From positions 514,562 to 578,561 of the forward strand of contig CBDBEL010000001.1 in assembly GCA_965204415.1 (NCBI GenBank): a stretch of 64,000 nt of DNA, read 5' to 3'. Shown in pieces: positions 1-9,676 of the stretch. The notes beneath the pieces are model-generated. The model worked only from the letters and a program-made list of their open reading frames with translations. It was not told the DNA's origin and ran no database searches. The translations under genes and the position numbers were made by a program. This DNA is from Candidatus Aldehydirespirator sp. (GTDB lineage: Bacteria > Actinomycetota > Acidimicrobiia > Acidimicrobiales > Aldehydirespiratoraceae). Numbering within the stretch: position 1 is the stretch's first letter; every line of letters starts with the position of its first letter.

Positions 1-606
1 CATGGCCTCGTCCACGTCGTGGCGCCGGGCCGAGAAGGCGTAGCCCCGGTCGGTCTCCTCCATGTCGAAGGGGGCGATGACGGTGGCCGACGGGTCGGCC
101 AGCAGGCCCGGATGGACGATCGGCAGGTGGGACGTGTCGATGGCGTTCTCCACGAAGCGGGCCGCGCTGGCGCTCCAGGTCCACTCGCCCGGCCTGATCA
201 TGTGGAACCCGTCGTCGTAGTACTCGGGGAACTCCGGCACCGGAGCGACCGGATCCTCCAGCGCCACGTAGACGAGCCCGTAGTGCTCGGCGGTCCGGTA
301 CGACGGCACCCTCGCCTGCGACGGTATCCGCTGGCGGTCGGGCGGCTGGGACGGGATGTGAACGCACCGGCCGCTCGTGTCGTAGGTCCAGCCGTGGTAG
401 GGGCACACGATGCACCCCTCGGCGTTCACCGACCCCAGCGACAGGGGCGTGCCCCGGTGGATGCACAGGTCCTGCAGGGCGTGGACCTCGCCGCCGGAGC
501 GGAACACCACCAGCTGCTCGTCCAGCAGGGTGGTCTTGATGGGGCCGCTGTCGAGTTCCTCAACGGCGGCCACCGGATGCCAGTACTGGCGCAGCGCGTT
601 ACTCAT
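1..606 (-). CDS. Rieske [2Fe-2S] non-heme-iron oxygenase catalytic subunit; C-terminal part lies outside the window
   Basis: Absent from ORF track (no stop in window). Hand translation from ATG 606-604 gives MSNALRQYWHPVAAVEELDSGP... Rieske ligands CIHRG..CPYHGW; Fe site ENAIDTSHLPIVH; paralog of 9677-10678. Confidence 0.85.
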   Translation of the reverse strand, partial: MSNALRQYWHPVAAVEELDSGPIKTTLLDEQLVVFRSGGEVHALQDLCIHRGTPLSLGSVNAEGCIVCPYHGWTYDTSGRCVHIPSQPPDRQRIPSQARVPSYRTAEHYGLVYVALEDPVAPVPEFPEYYDDGFHMIRPGEWTWSASAARFVENAIDTSHLPIVHPGLLADPSATVIAPFDMEETDRGYAFSARRHDVDEAM

Positions 607-697
607 GGCCTCTCCCCCAATCGGCTCGAATCGGGACGGTGCAACTATATGTCAGACCCTTGCAGCGGTGACCATGCCGCCACCGACCGGAGTCGCC

Positions 698-1684
698 TCA
701 GCCGGTGGTCTCTAGTCCAGCGATCTCGGCCACGGCCGCGATGGTCGGGCGAGGATCCGCGGCCATAGGCCCGAGATTGACGGTGTCGATCCCGGCCGAC
801 TCGAGCCAGGCCAGCTTGTCCTCGGCGTACTTGCGGCCGCCGGCGAAGGCCACCTGCTGCACGACCGGGCCGGGCACGGCGGCGGCGGCCCGGCGAGCCT
901 CCTGGAACTCGCGGCCGCTGTAGTTGGCGTCGATCTCCCCGATCAGATCATCGGGCATGCCCGCAGCCCGCGCCGCCGGCGGCGACGCCTTGGCCAACCA
1001 CGCCACGATGGCGCGAGCCGACTCGATGGCGGCCGGCTCGTCGTCGTCGACCGCCCCGTAGAGGCAGCAGGCGGTCTCGAAGCGGTCCACGGTGCTGTCA
1101 CCCCGCCCCCGCCGGAGGTGTTCGAGGGCTCGCCGCAGCGGCTCCGGCGAGAGCCCCACCAGCATGAGGACGCCGTCAGCGTGCCGGCCCGCGGTCTCGA
1201 GCGTGCGGGGACCCGATGCCGACACGAAGATCGGGATGGGGCCTGCGGCTGACCGCAGGTGCGATCCCACCAGCCGCTGCCGCCCGATCCGGGCGTCCAC
1301 GGTCTCGCCCCGCCACAGCCGCCGCATGGCGTCCATGTGCTCCACGAGGGTCGACAGCTTGGCCCTGGAGAAGCCCAGCTCGATCAACGGCCTCTCGCCT
1401 ACCCCTGTCCCGCAGGCCACCCGGCCGCCGCCGAGCTGGTGGAGCGAGCGGAAGACGTTGGCGGTGATGCCGGTGTGGCGGGTCAGCGGGTTCGTGACCG
1501 ACGTGCCGACCCTGAGGCGGGAAGTGGCCTTCAGGGCCAGCGTGGCGTACACGTAGGCGTCGCCGCAGTGCAGAGACGAGTCGCCGACCCAGAGGTCGTG
1601 GTAGCCGAGCCGCTCGATCCAGCGGACCAGCTCCACGAACTCCGCCGGTTCGGCGACCGCCTGCAGCGTCACCCCGTATCTCAC
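698..1684 (-). CDS. LLM-class (luciferase-like) flavin/F420-dependent oxidoreductase
   Basis: 328-aa ORF, GTG start; MRYGVTLQ..LGYHDLWVGDS.. pattern typical of the LLM TIM-barrel family. Confidence 0.8.
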   Translation of the reverse strand: MRYGVTLQAVAEPAEFVELVRWIERLGYHDLWVGDSSLHCGDAYVYATLALKATSRLRVGTSVTNPLTRHTGITANVFRSLHQLGGGRVACGTGVGERPLIELGFSRAKLSTLVEHMDAMRRLWRGETVDARIGRQRLVGSHLRSAAGPIPIFVSASGPRTLETAGRHADGVLMLVGLSPEPLRRALEHLRRGRGDSTVDRFETACCLYGAVDDDEPAAIESARAIVAWLAKASPPAARAAGMPDDLIGEIDANYSGREFQEARRAAAAVPGPVVQQVAFAGGRKYAEDKLAWLESAGIDTVNLGPMAADPRPTIAAVAEIAGLETTG

Positions 1685-1744
1685 CGCTGGATCCTGGCCG
1701 TGCCAGTGACGGTGACGGTCACGCTGCTTGCGCGGCTGCGGTGG

Positions 1745-2143
1745 CTATTCGGGAGTGGGCGAGAAGCCGTACACCAGCATGCCGGGCACGTCGCCCACGC
1801 ACTCGAGTTGGTACTGCCAGCCGGCCGGAAGGTAGACCGCGTCGTTGGGGCCGAACTCCAGGACGCCTTCGTCCCACTCGAGGCGGAAGTTGCCGTGGAG
1901 GATGAAGTAGACCTCCTCCAGGTAGCCGTAGTGGTGGTCGTTGGGCTCCAGTTCGTCGTCGGCCTGCGTTGACCAGCGGTTGGTCTTCTCGCCGGGCTGC
2001 ACCCAGGCCACGCCCAGCAGCATGTTGGACCCGCAGCGGGCGTTGGTGATCATCCTGGCGATGCGGACCTTGGTCGGAGCGTCCTCGGGTGCTCTAACCT
2101 CTACCGACGACAGAGGCACGACTTGGGGCTTGTTCTTGGCCAC
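1745..2143 (-). CDS. cupin domain protein
   Basis: 132 aa; cupin motifs HHYGYLEEVYFILHG and VYLPAGWQY; GTG start. Confidence 0.75.
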   Translation of the reverse strand: MAKNKPQVVPLSSVEVRAPEDAPTKVRIARMITNARCGSNMLLGVAWVQPGEKTNRWSTQADDELEPNDHHYGYLEEVYFILHGNFRLEWDEGVLEFGPNDAVYLPAGWQYQLECVGDVPGMLVYGFSPTPE

Positions 2144-2207
2144 GCCGGGAGTGTATGACCCTGTCGCCGCGGGCGCAGGATCCGCGCCGACCGTCGGGAG
2201 GCCGCAC

Positions 2208-3026
2208 GTGACCGGACCGAGGATCTCAGCAGAGACCGCCGGGGTGGCCTACGACGAGGCCGGGCAGGGTCCGGCGGTGGTCTTCAGCCACGGATCCATG
2301 ATGGACCGAACGATGTTCGAGCCGCAGATGGCTGCCCTCCGTGGCAGCTACCGGGTCGTGGCCTTCGACCACCGGGCCCGAGGCCCTCGCTGGGAAGGCC
2401 CCTACAGCCTCTATGACCTTGCCTACGACTGTGTCCGGCTGCTGGACAGCCTCCAGATCGAGCGCTGCGTGATCGCCGGCATGTCGATGGGCGGCTGGAT
2501 GGCGCTGCGGGTCGTGCTGGGCCATCCCGACCGCATCGACGGGCTGGTCCTCATCGCCAGCAGCGGCCTCAGCTACTCGGAGGCCGACCAGTCCCGCTGG
2601 GAGCAGCACTACCGTCCCTTGCTGAGCGCCCCGCGGGTCGGCCGCGAGTTCGCGCTCGAAGAGGCGCGGATCTGCTTCTCGGACTCGACCCGCCGCAACC
2701 AGCCCGAGATGGTCAGTCGCTGGGTGGAGCGCTGGGCCGGCTACCGCGGCGCCGCCGTGTACCACGAGGTGTGCTCCTGGCTCATGCAGGACGACATCCG
2801 CGAACGTCTGGCCACCATCGACGTGCCGGCGGTGGCCATCCACGGCCTCGCCGACGAGGCCATCGGGATCGACGACGCCCGCGCCACGGTCGCGGCGATC
2901 CCGTCGGCTTCGCTGGTCCCGATACCGGACGCGGGCCACACCGTGAATCTTGAGAGTCCCGGCGAGGTCAACCAGGCGCTGCTGGCCTTTCTGGCCGACG
3001 TCTACGGGACCCCGGCTAGAGGCTGA
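2208..3026 (+). CDS. alpha/beta-fold hydrolase
   Basis: Track ORF 1941-3026 trimmed to GTG 2208 (GGGAGG 7 nt upstream). VVFSHG, nucleophile elbow GMSMGG, C-terminal DAGH. Confidence 0.8.
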   Translation: MTGPRISAETAGVAYDEAGQGPAVVFSHGSMMDRTMFEPQMAALRGSYRVVAFDHRARGPRWEGPYSLYDLAYDCVRLLDSLQIERCVIAGMSMGGWMALRVVLGHPDRIDGLVLIASSGLSYSEADQSRWEQHYRPLLSAPRVGREFALEEARICFSDSTRRNQPEMVSRWVERWAGYRGAAVYHEVCSWLMQDDIRERLATIDVPAVAIHGLADEAIGIDDARATVAAIPSASLVPIPDAGHTVNLESPGEVNQALLAFLADVYGTPARG

Positions 3027-3092
3027 ACCTCCGACTCGCGGCCCCGCTCAACGCGCCGGCGCGGCACTACGGACCCGCTGCAGCGGTTCGGC

Positions 3093-3599
3093 TCAACGCT
3101 CCGGCGCGGTGGCCGGGCTCGCCCACGTCAGCCACCGCTCGGGATCGAGGGTGACGATGGCCCGGTCCTCGGCCCACACGATCGACTCGTCGGTGGGACG
3201 GTAGCGCCCCAGGACCGCCTCCGTCGTGGCCCGCACGAAGGCCTCGTCGTCGTCCATCGTCGTGATGGCGGCCCGCCCGAAGGCCACCGCGCCTACCGTC
3301 CCGCGGCCCGAACCGTCGCGCTCGAGGTCCTCGCCGACGCAGAAGGTCGCCCGGGCGTCGCGCCTGAGGTTGTCCAGGTGCAGCCGGCTGGCGCCCAGGG
3401 AGAACAAGAGCACCGGTTCTTGCCACAGGAACCACATCGGCGTGAGATGAGGCCAGCCGTCGTCGCGAAGAGTGGCCAGGCGGCCGTCGTGGCGCCGACC
3501 GAGGAAGGCGTCCAGCGCTTCGGCGCTCAGCGCATTGGCCTCAGTAGCCGTTGTGTAGTCCAGTTGCGACCACGTTCGAGATGTCCTTCTGTCAGACAA
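3093..3599 (-). CDS. pyridoxamine 5'-phosphate oxidase (PPOX)-family flavin/F420-binding protein
   Basis: 168 aa; ..GRLATLRDDGWPHLTPMWF.. split-barrel pattern; start is TTG, so the start is uncertain. Confidence 0.65.
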   Translation of the reverse strand: MSDRRTSRTWSQLDYTTATEANALSAEALDAFLGRRHDGRLATLRDDGWPHLTPMWFLWQEPVLLFSLGASRLHLDNLRRDARATFCVGEDLERDGSGRGTVGAVAFGRAAITTMDDDEAFVRATTEAVLGRYRPTDESIVWAEDRAIVTLDPERWLTWASPATAPER

Positions 3600-3699
3600 T
3601 TTCGCTCCGAACTAGCTAGACGCCCGATTTGGTGCAACGCTATGGGCTGACCGATGTCATCTGGGTCCACTCGACCCGGTACCTGGAAGGAGACAAACA

Positions 3700-4941
3700 G
3701 TGAAGCGCGTACTCGTGGCGCTGCTCGCGGTCGGCCTCGTGGCCGCCGCAGCTTGCAGCGGAGACGATTCAGCGGATGAGGGGCCCGTCAAGATGGGCTT
3801 CCTCAACGGGCAGTCCGGGGACTACGGCCCCTGGGGCCACTGGGCCCTGGCCGCGGCCGAAGTCGCCGTCGAGGAGCTCAACGCGGGCGGCGGTGTGCTG
3901 GGCCGCGACGTCGAGCTGGTCGTGGAGGACAACGGATCCACGCCTGAGGGCGCGGTGTCGGGCTTCGCCGAGCTGACCGAGGTCGACGGCATCCACGCGC
4001 TGGGCGGCATCGAGTCCGACGGGATGATCGCCATCTTCGACACAGTGCACGAATTGCAGATCCCGACGATCTGCAGCACCTGCGGCACCACCGAACTCGA
4101 CAACACCGGTGGCGAGATGGTGTTCCGCATCATCCCCTCCGACACCGACAACGGCATCGTCGGCGCCCAGGTGGCCCGCGACGAGGGCTACCGCAACGTG
4201 GCCATGCTGGTCGAGCTGAGCGAGGGCACCGAGAGTCCCGCCAATGTGTTCAAGGCCGTGTTCACCGAGCAGATGGGCGGCAGCATCACCGAGGACGTCC
4301 GCTTCAACGCCGGGGAGACCACCTACGCGGCCCAGGTCGCTCAGGCCTTCGAGTCGAACCCCGACGCGGTCTACATCGCGGCCGGCTTCGAGACGGGCGT
4401 GCCGCTGCTCAACGAGTGGCAGCGCCGCGGCTATGACGACATACCCCTGATCCTGACGACGGACCTTCTAAGCCCCGAGATCGCCGAGATCGTCAGCGGC
4501 GTGGAGGGCGCGTCGGCCATCGTCGGCGCCACCGCCTACGACACGGAGAACAACCCGGCCTGGGACGCCTACGTGCCCCGGTTCGAGGCGAAGATCGGCG
4601 ACCCGCCCGAGATCGCCTTCTACGACGCCTGGCAGTACGACCAGTACATCGTCCTGGGCCTGGCCATGGCGAAGGCCGGCACCACCGACGGCGCCGCGGT
4701 CGCTGCCGCGGTCCTCGAGATCGCCAACCCGCCCGGCAAGGAGGTCTTCAGCTACGCCGAAGGTCTGGCCGAGCTCGACGCCGGCAACGACATCGACTAC
4801 CACGGCACGACTTCCAACATGAACCTCAACAGCGTGGGCAACCTGCTGTCGCCGGTGATGGCAGTGATCCACGTCGAGGACGGGGACTGGGCCGTACGGG
4901 AGAACATCGAGCTCGACCCGTCTCTGGTCAAGCCGTCCTGA
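3700..4941 (+). CDS. ABC transporter substrate-binding lipoprotein, Leu/Ile/Val-binding (HAAT) family
   Basis: GTG after GGAAGGAG; lipobox LVAAAACSG; heads the livHMGF-like genes. Confidence 0.85.
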   Translation: MKRVLVALLAVGLVAAAACSGDDSADEGPVKMGFLNGQSGDYGPWGHWALAAAEVAVEELNAGGGVLGRDVELVVEDNGSTPEGAVSGFAELTEVDGIHALGGIESDGMIAIFDTVHELQIPTICSTCGTTELDNTGGEMVFRIIPSDTDNGIVGAQVARDEGYRNVAMLVELSEGTESPANVFKAVFTEQMGGSITEDVRFNAGETTYAAQVAQAFESNPDAVYIAAGFETGVPLLNEWQRRGYDDIPLILTTDLLSPEIAEIVSGVEGASAIVGATAYDTENNPAWDAYVPRFEAKIGDPPEIAFYDAWQYDQYIVLGLAMAKAGTTDGAAVAAAVLEIANPPGKEVFSYAEGLAELDAGNDIDYHGTTSNMNLNSVGNLLSPVMAVIHVEDGDWAVRENIELDPSLVKPS

Positions 4942-5018
4942 GCCTGACGCGAGCCTGACTGCGGCGACCGGCCCGGGCCCCGGGCCGGTCGCCAAGGTCA
5001 CTCCGCGGGGAGTCTGCC

Positions 5019-5888
5019 GTGCAAAACGTCGTCTTCGGGATCGTCACCGGCAGCATCCTGGCCGTGGCGACCCTCGGCTTCGCGCTGGTACGCCAGACCG
5101 AGAACTTCCTCAACGTCGCCCACGCCCAGATGATGGCGCTGGGCGCCTTCGTCGGCGTCGTGCTGGTGGACACCTACGGGATGAACATCTTCCTGGCCGG
5201 CGCCATCACCGTGGTCGGGCTGGGCGCGTTGGGCGTTGTTCTGTCCGCGGTCTTCTTCCAGCCGGTGCGCCACCAGGGCGGCACCGTCCTGCTGTTCACC
5301 TCCATCGGCCTGGCGCTGATGATGTACGCCGCGATCCTCGCGCTGTTCGGCACGCAGGCCCGGTTCTACCCCGACGTGTCGGGCAGCCTCCACCGCTTCG
5401 CCGGCATCGGCATCGCCACCAACGAGCTGGTGATCATCGGGCTGGCATTCGGCAGCATCGCCGCGCTCCAGCTCTTCCTCAACTCCACCGGGCTGGGCCG
5501 GGCCATCCGGGCGGTGGCCAGCAACGACGACCTGGCCCGGGTGAGGGGCGTGCCGGTGCGCACCGTGTCCAACACGATCTGGTTCATCAGCTCAGCGTTC
5601 GGCGCCATGGCCGGGGTCATGCTGGGCGTGCTGGGCGCGGTCAACACCGAGATCGGCTGGCACAACATCCTGATCGTGCTGGCGGCTGCGGTGCTGGGCG
5701 GGCTGCGCAGCATCACCGGGGTGATCCTGGCCGGGCTGCTGCTGGGGATCATGATGGACGTCTCCGCGCTTATCATCCCCACCGCCTACCGGCCGGTGGT
5801 GGCCTTCGGCGTGCTGGTGGCGGTGCTGATACTGCGGCCCGAGGGGATCCTGTCCATCCAGCGCCGCAAGGACGCGGTGGTCGCATGA
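5019..5888 (+). CDS. livH: branched-chain amino acid-type ABC permease (LivH family)
   Basis: 289 aa, multi-TM, LivH-like sequence; operon context. Confidence 0.85.
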   Translation: MQNVVFGIVTGSILAVATLGFALVRQTENFLNVAHAQMMALGAFVGVVLVDTYGMNIFLAGAITVVGLGALGVVLSAVFFQPVRHQGGTVLLFTSIGLALMMYAAILALFGTQARFYPDVSGSLHRFAGIGIATNELVIIGLAFGSIAALQLFLNSTGLGRAIRAVASNDDLARVRGVPVRTVSNTIWFISSAFGAMAGVMLGVLGAVNTEIGWHNILIVLAAAVLGGLRSITGVILAGLLLGIMMDVSALIIPTAYRPVVAFGVLVAVLILRPEGILSIQRRKDAVVA

Positions 5889-5923
5889 CCGCCACGATCA
5901 CCCGGGAGGCGGCGGCACCATGA
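5885..5923 (+). other. candidate relay mini-ORF (12 codons, MTATITREAAAP)
   Basis: ATG overlaps the livH stop (ATGA); its TGA overlaps the livM ATG 5920 (ATGA). Confidence 0.35.
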
Positions 5924-6927
5924 CCAATCCCATCTTCTGGGTGGGCGTGCTGACGCTGGCCATGATCTACGCCAGCCTGGCCATGGCCCTCAACGTCGAG
6001 TCGGGCTGGGGAGGGATGTGGGACCTCGGCATCGCCGGGCTGCTGGCCGCGGGCAGCTACTGCTACGTCATCCTCACCGCCGACCCGGATCTCGGCATGC
6101 GGTTCGCGCCCGGACTGTCGATGTGGGTGGCATGGCCGCTGTCGGCGCTGTTCACCGGTCTGGTGGCCTTCGCCATCGGCGCGCCCGCGCTCCGGTTGAG
6201 GCGCGAGTACTTCCTCATCACAACGCTGGCCTTCGCGGAGATCATCCGCCAACTGGTGGTCATCCAGGCCGACCTGACCCGGGGCACGTTGGGGGTGCCC
6301 AACATCAACCGCCCCTTCGACAGCTTCGTGACCGGACGCGACTACAACTACGTCCTGCTCGGCATCGCGGTGGCGGCCGCGGCCGTCATGTACGTCGTCA
6401 CCCGCCAGATCGGGATCTCCCCGTTCGGCCGGACGCTGCGGGCCGCCCGCGACAACGAGGCGGTGGCCCTCGCATTGGGCAAGCGGGTCAACCGGATGAG
6501 GATCAAGACGTTCATACTGGCCGGAGTCCTCATCGGGGCCACCGCGCCGGTGTACCTCTTCTACATCCGGGCCGTCTCGCCGCAGCTGTTCGCGCCGGGG
6601 ATCACCTTCACGGTATGGACCGCGCTGGTCATCGGCGGCCTGGGCAGCATCAGGGGCGGCCTCGCCGGCGCGCTCGTGCTTATCGTGTTCACCGAAGCCG
6701 TCGGCCTCATCGAGGTCGACCCCGCCCACATCAACATCCTGGTCGCCATCGAGCCCTTCCTGGTGGGCCTGCTGCTGGTGCTGGTGCTTCGTTTCCGTCC
6801 GGACGGGCTGTTCTCGGAACGAAGTTCCTTCGGGGCGGCCGACCGCGCCGCCGATGCCTCCGCCGCGGCCGGCGCGCGCCCGCGCGGCGCGCGCCCGGCC
6901 GGAGCGGCGCCGGCTGCGGGCAGTTAG
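5920..6927 (+). CDS. livM: branched-chain amino acid-type ABC permease (LivM family)
   Basis: 335 aa, multi-TM, LivM-like; Ala/Arg-rich C-terminal tail. Confidence 0.85.
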   Translation: MTNPIFWVGVLTLAMIYASLAMALNVESGWGGMWDLGIAGLLAAGSYCYVILTADPDLGMRFAPGLSMWVAWPLSALFTGLVAFAIGAPALRLRREYFLITTLAFAEIIRQLVVIQADLTRGTLGVPNINRPFDSFVTGRDYNYVLLGIAVAAAAVMYVVTRQIGISPFGRTLRAARDNEAVALALGKRVNRMRIKTFILAGVLIGATAPVYLFYIRAVSPQLFAPGITFTVWTALVIGGLGSIRGGLAGALVLIVFTEAVGLIEVDPAHINILVAIEPFLVGLLLVLVLRFRPDGLFSERSSFGAADRAADASAAAGARPRGARPAGAAPAAGS

Positions 6928-6936
6928 GGGCGCGGC

Positions 6937-7719
6937 ATGGAGCTGGTGCTCGACACGGTACGCAAGACCTTCGGGGGCGTGGTCGCGGTCGACGACGTGT
7001 CGGCGGTGATGCCCCGGGACAAGGTCACCGCGCTGATCGGACCCAACGGTGCGGGCAAGACCACCCTGTTCAACGCCATCACCGGCTTCGATCCCCCGGA
7101 CCGGGGGTCGATCAGCTTCGGCGACCGTCGCATCGACGGCCTGCCGCCGTGGCGGGTGGCCGAACTGGGGCTCATCAGGACCTTCCAGACCCCGGTCGGG
7201 TTCACCACCCTCACCGTGCGCGAGAGCATGCTCGCGGCGGCCACCCCCCATTTCGTCGAGACGCCGCTGGGGGCTCTCGGGCTGAGCCGCAAGGCCCGGG
7301 ACCACGAACGGGCCGCGGCGGCCCGGGCCGAGGAGATCACCGCCGAGCTGGGCATGTCGGACCTGCTCGACGTCCGCACCGACGAGCTGTCCGCCGGCGA
7401 CCGCAAGCTGCTCGAGTTCGCCCGCTCCCTGATGGCCGAGCCCAAGATGCTGCTGCTCGACGAGCCGGCCGCCGCAGTGGCGCCAGCCAACATCGGACGG
7501 CTGTCCCAGCTCGTGCGCAGGCTCTGCGACGAGCGAGGCCTCGGCAGCCTGATAATCGACCACAACCTCTCGTTCCTCATGCAGATCGCCGACGAGGTGC
7601 ACGTCCTCGACCGGGGCGCGCTGCTGGCCTCCGGGCCGCCCGCCGAGATCGCCGCCGACCCCGAGGTGATGCGGGTCTACCTCGGCGAGGACAAGGACGG
7701 CGACGGGAGCACCCGATGA
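6937..7719 (+). CDS. livG: ABC transporter ATP-binding protein (LivG family)
   Basis: Walker A GPNGAGKTT, signature LSAGDRK, Walker B LLLLDEP. Confidence 0.9.
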   Translation: MELVLDTVRKTFGGVVAVDDVSAVMPRDKVTALIGPNGAGKTTLFNAITGFDPPDRGSISFGDRRIDGLPPWRVAELGLIRTFQTPVGFTTLTVRESMLAAATPHFVETPLGALGLSRKARDHERAAAARAEEITAELGMSDLLDVRTDELSAGDRKLLEFARSLMAEPKMLLLDEPAAAVAPANIGRLSQLVRRLCDERGLGSLIIDHNLSFLMQIADEVHVLDRGALLASGPPAEIAADPEVMRVYLGEDKDGDGSTR

Positions 7720-8450
7720 GCGAGACCGTCCTGCGAGTCGAGGCCCTCGAGGCCGGCTACGGGGGCTTCCCGGTGCTGCACGGCGTCGACCTCGAGGTGA
7801 CCGCGGGCGAGATCGTCGCCGTGGTCGGGCCCAACGGTGCGGGCAAGTCGACGCTGCTGAAGACGATCTTCCGGCTGCTGCCGGCCCAGGGCGGGTCCGT
7901 GAGCTTCGAGGGGGCCGATCTGCAGCGCCACCCCACCCACAGCCTGGCCGAGCTCGGAATGGGCTACGTGCCCCAGGAGAACAACACCTTCCCCGACCTC
8001 AGCGTGCGCGACAACCTGTCGATCTCCCTGCGGGGATCCAGCCCCGTGGAGATCCGCCGGCGGGTTGCCGAGGTGGCCGAGTCGTACCCGGCTCTCAGCG
8101 ACCGCATGGCTCAGAACGCCAGCACGCTGTCGGGCGGCGAGCGCCAGATGCTGGCGCTGGCCAGCGCCATGATCACCGGGCCCCGCTTCCTGGCCCTCGA
8201 CGAGCCCACCACGGGCCTGGCGCCGTCCATCGTGCGGGAGCGCATCGACGACATCCTGCGCATCCGCGACTCGGGCACCACCCTCATGTGGGTGATCGAG
8301 GAGAGCCCGCTCATCTGCCTGCCCCACTGCGACCGGGTGTACGTGATGCAGGCCGGGGTTCTGGGCGATCCCGTGTCGAGCCGCGAGGTACTGGAGGACG
8401 CAGCCCTGCAGTCGCTCTTCTTCGGAGTCGACCACGCCGGCGGCGGCTAG
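7716..8450 (+). CDS. livF: ABC transporter ATP-binding protein (LivF family)
   Basis: ATG 7716 overlaps livG stop (ATGA). Walker A GPNGAGKST, LSGGERQ, LALDEP. Confidence 0.9.
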   Translation: MSETVLRVEALEAGYGGFPVLHGVDLEVTAGEIVAVVGPNGAGKSTLLKTIFRLLPAQGGSVSFEGADLQRHPTHSLAELGMGYVPQENNTFPDLSVRDNLSISLRGSSPVEIRRRVAEVAESYPALSDRMAQNASTLSGGERQMLALASAMITGPRFLALDEPTTGLAPSIVRERIDDILRIRDSGTTLMWVIEESPLICLPHCDRVYVMQAGVLGDPVSSREVLEDAALQSLFFGVDHAGGG

Positions 8451-8472
8451 AAGGCAACGGCTAGAAGGCGAC
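8445..8472 (+). repeat. 14-bp tandem duplication spanning the livF stop codon
   Basis: ggctagaaggcaac / ggctagaaggcgac. Confidence 0.8.
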
Positions 8473-8532
8473 GGCCGTCTGCATGCCGACTCGAACCTCT
8501 CGAACGTAGACCCACACCACAGGAGTGAGCCG

Positions 8533-9639
8533 ATGCCAATCGTCGTGCGCAAGATCCCCTTCGAGTTCGTCACCGACACCAGCGGACTGGTGGCCGAGAT
8601 AGAGAGCGGCTCGTTCACCGCCGACCAGATCATCGGCGTCATCGGCAAGACCGAGGGAAACGGCGGCGTCAACGACTTCTCTCGGATCCTGGCCGACCGG
8701 GTGCTGCGCGAGTTCCTCAACACCTACGGCACCCGCCCGCCGTCGGAGATCGACCAGATGCCGATCGTGTGGTCGGGAGGAACCGACGGCGTGATCGCTC
8801 CCCACATGAACGTCTTCGCCCGGGTCCCCGGCGACGGCGGCGCCAGCGACGAGAAGCGGCTGGCGGTGGGCGTGGCCATGTCCGAACCGATCCTGCCCGA
8901 GGAGATCGGCCGGCTGCCGATGGTGGAGAAGGTGGCCGAGGGAGTGAGGGCCGCGATGGCCGGCGCCGGCATCACCGACCCGGCCGACGTCCATTTCGTG
9001 CAGTCCAAGACCCCGCTGCTGACCCGCGAGCGCATCGAGGACGCCCGCAGCCGGGGCAAGACGGTGGCGCTGACCGACACCATGGAGTCGATGGCGGTGT
9101 CCAACGCCACCGCCGCGCTCGGCATCGGGTACGCGGTCGGCGAGTTCGACCTGCCCCGGCCCGAGCAGATCGCCAACGACCTCGACCTCTACTCGTCGGT
9201 CGCCTCGTGCTCGTCGGGCGTGGAGCAGGACGCCGGCCAGATCGTGGTGGTCGGCAACCGGGCCGGCGCGGGCGGGGACTTCCGCATCGGCCACTCCGTC
9301 ATGCGCGACGCCCTCGACTTCGACGGCATCTACGACGCCATCCGCTCGGCCGGCCTGGACCTTCCCGACCGGCCCCATCCCAGCGACCTGGGCGATGCCG
9401 TCGTGAACTGCTTCATCAAGTGCGAGACCGACCCGTCGGGACGGCTGCGGGGCCGCCGGCTGGTGTCGATCAACGACTCCGACATCCACCACACCCACCA
9501 CACCAAGGGCGCCGTGGGTGCGGTGGCGGCCGCCGCCATCGGGGATCCGGCCGTGTACTGCTCGGTCGCGGCCCTCCAGCAGGGCCCCGCCGGCGGCGGC
9601 ATGGTGGCCGCCATCGTGGACATGTCGAAGGCGCCTTGA
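8533..9639 (+). CDS. ring-opening amidohydrolase, cyanuric acid hydrolase/barbiturase (AtzD/TrzD) family
   Basis: 368 aa. Matches my recollection of AtzD along its length: GKTEGNGGVNDF, VWSGGTDG, HFVQSKTPLL, SCSSGVE, FIKCETDPSG, NDSDIHHTHH, QQGPAGGG. Confidence 0.85.
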   Translation: MPIVVRKIPFEFVTDTSGLVAEIESGSFTADQIIGVIGKTEGNGGVNDFSRILADRVLREFLNTYGTRPPSEIDQMPIVWSGGTDGVIAPHMNVFARVPGDGGASDEKRLAVGVAMSEPILPEEIGRLPMVEKVAEGVRAAMAGAGITDPADVHFVQSKTPLLTRERIEDARSRGKTVALTDTMESMAVSNATAALGIGYAVGEFDLPRPEQIANDLDLYSSVASCSSGVEQDAGQIVVVGNRAGAGGDFRIGHSVMRDALDFDGIYDAIRSAGLDLPDRPHPSDLGDAVVNCFIKCETDPSGRLRGRRLVSINDSDIHHTHHTKGAVGAVAAAAIGDPAVYCSVAALQQGPAGGGMVAAIVDMSKAP

Positions 9640-9676
9640 TCTTGAGGTAGATCTCTACTACAGCGGGGGAACTCCG

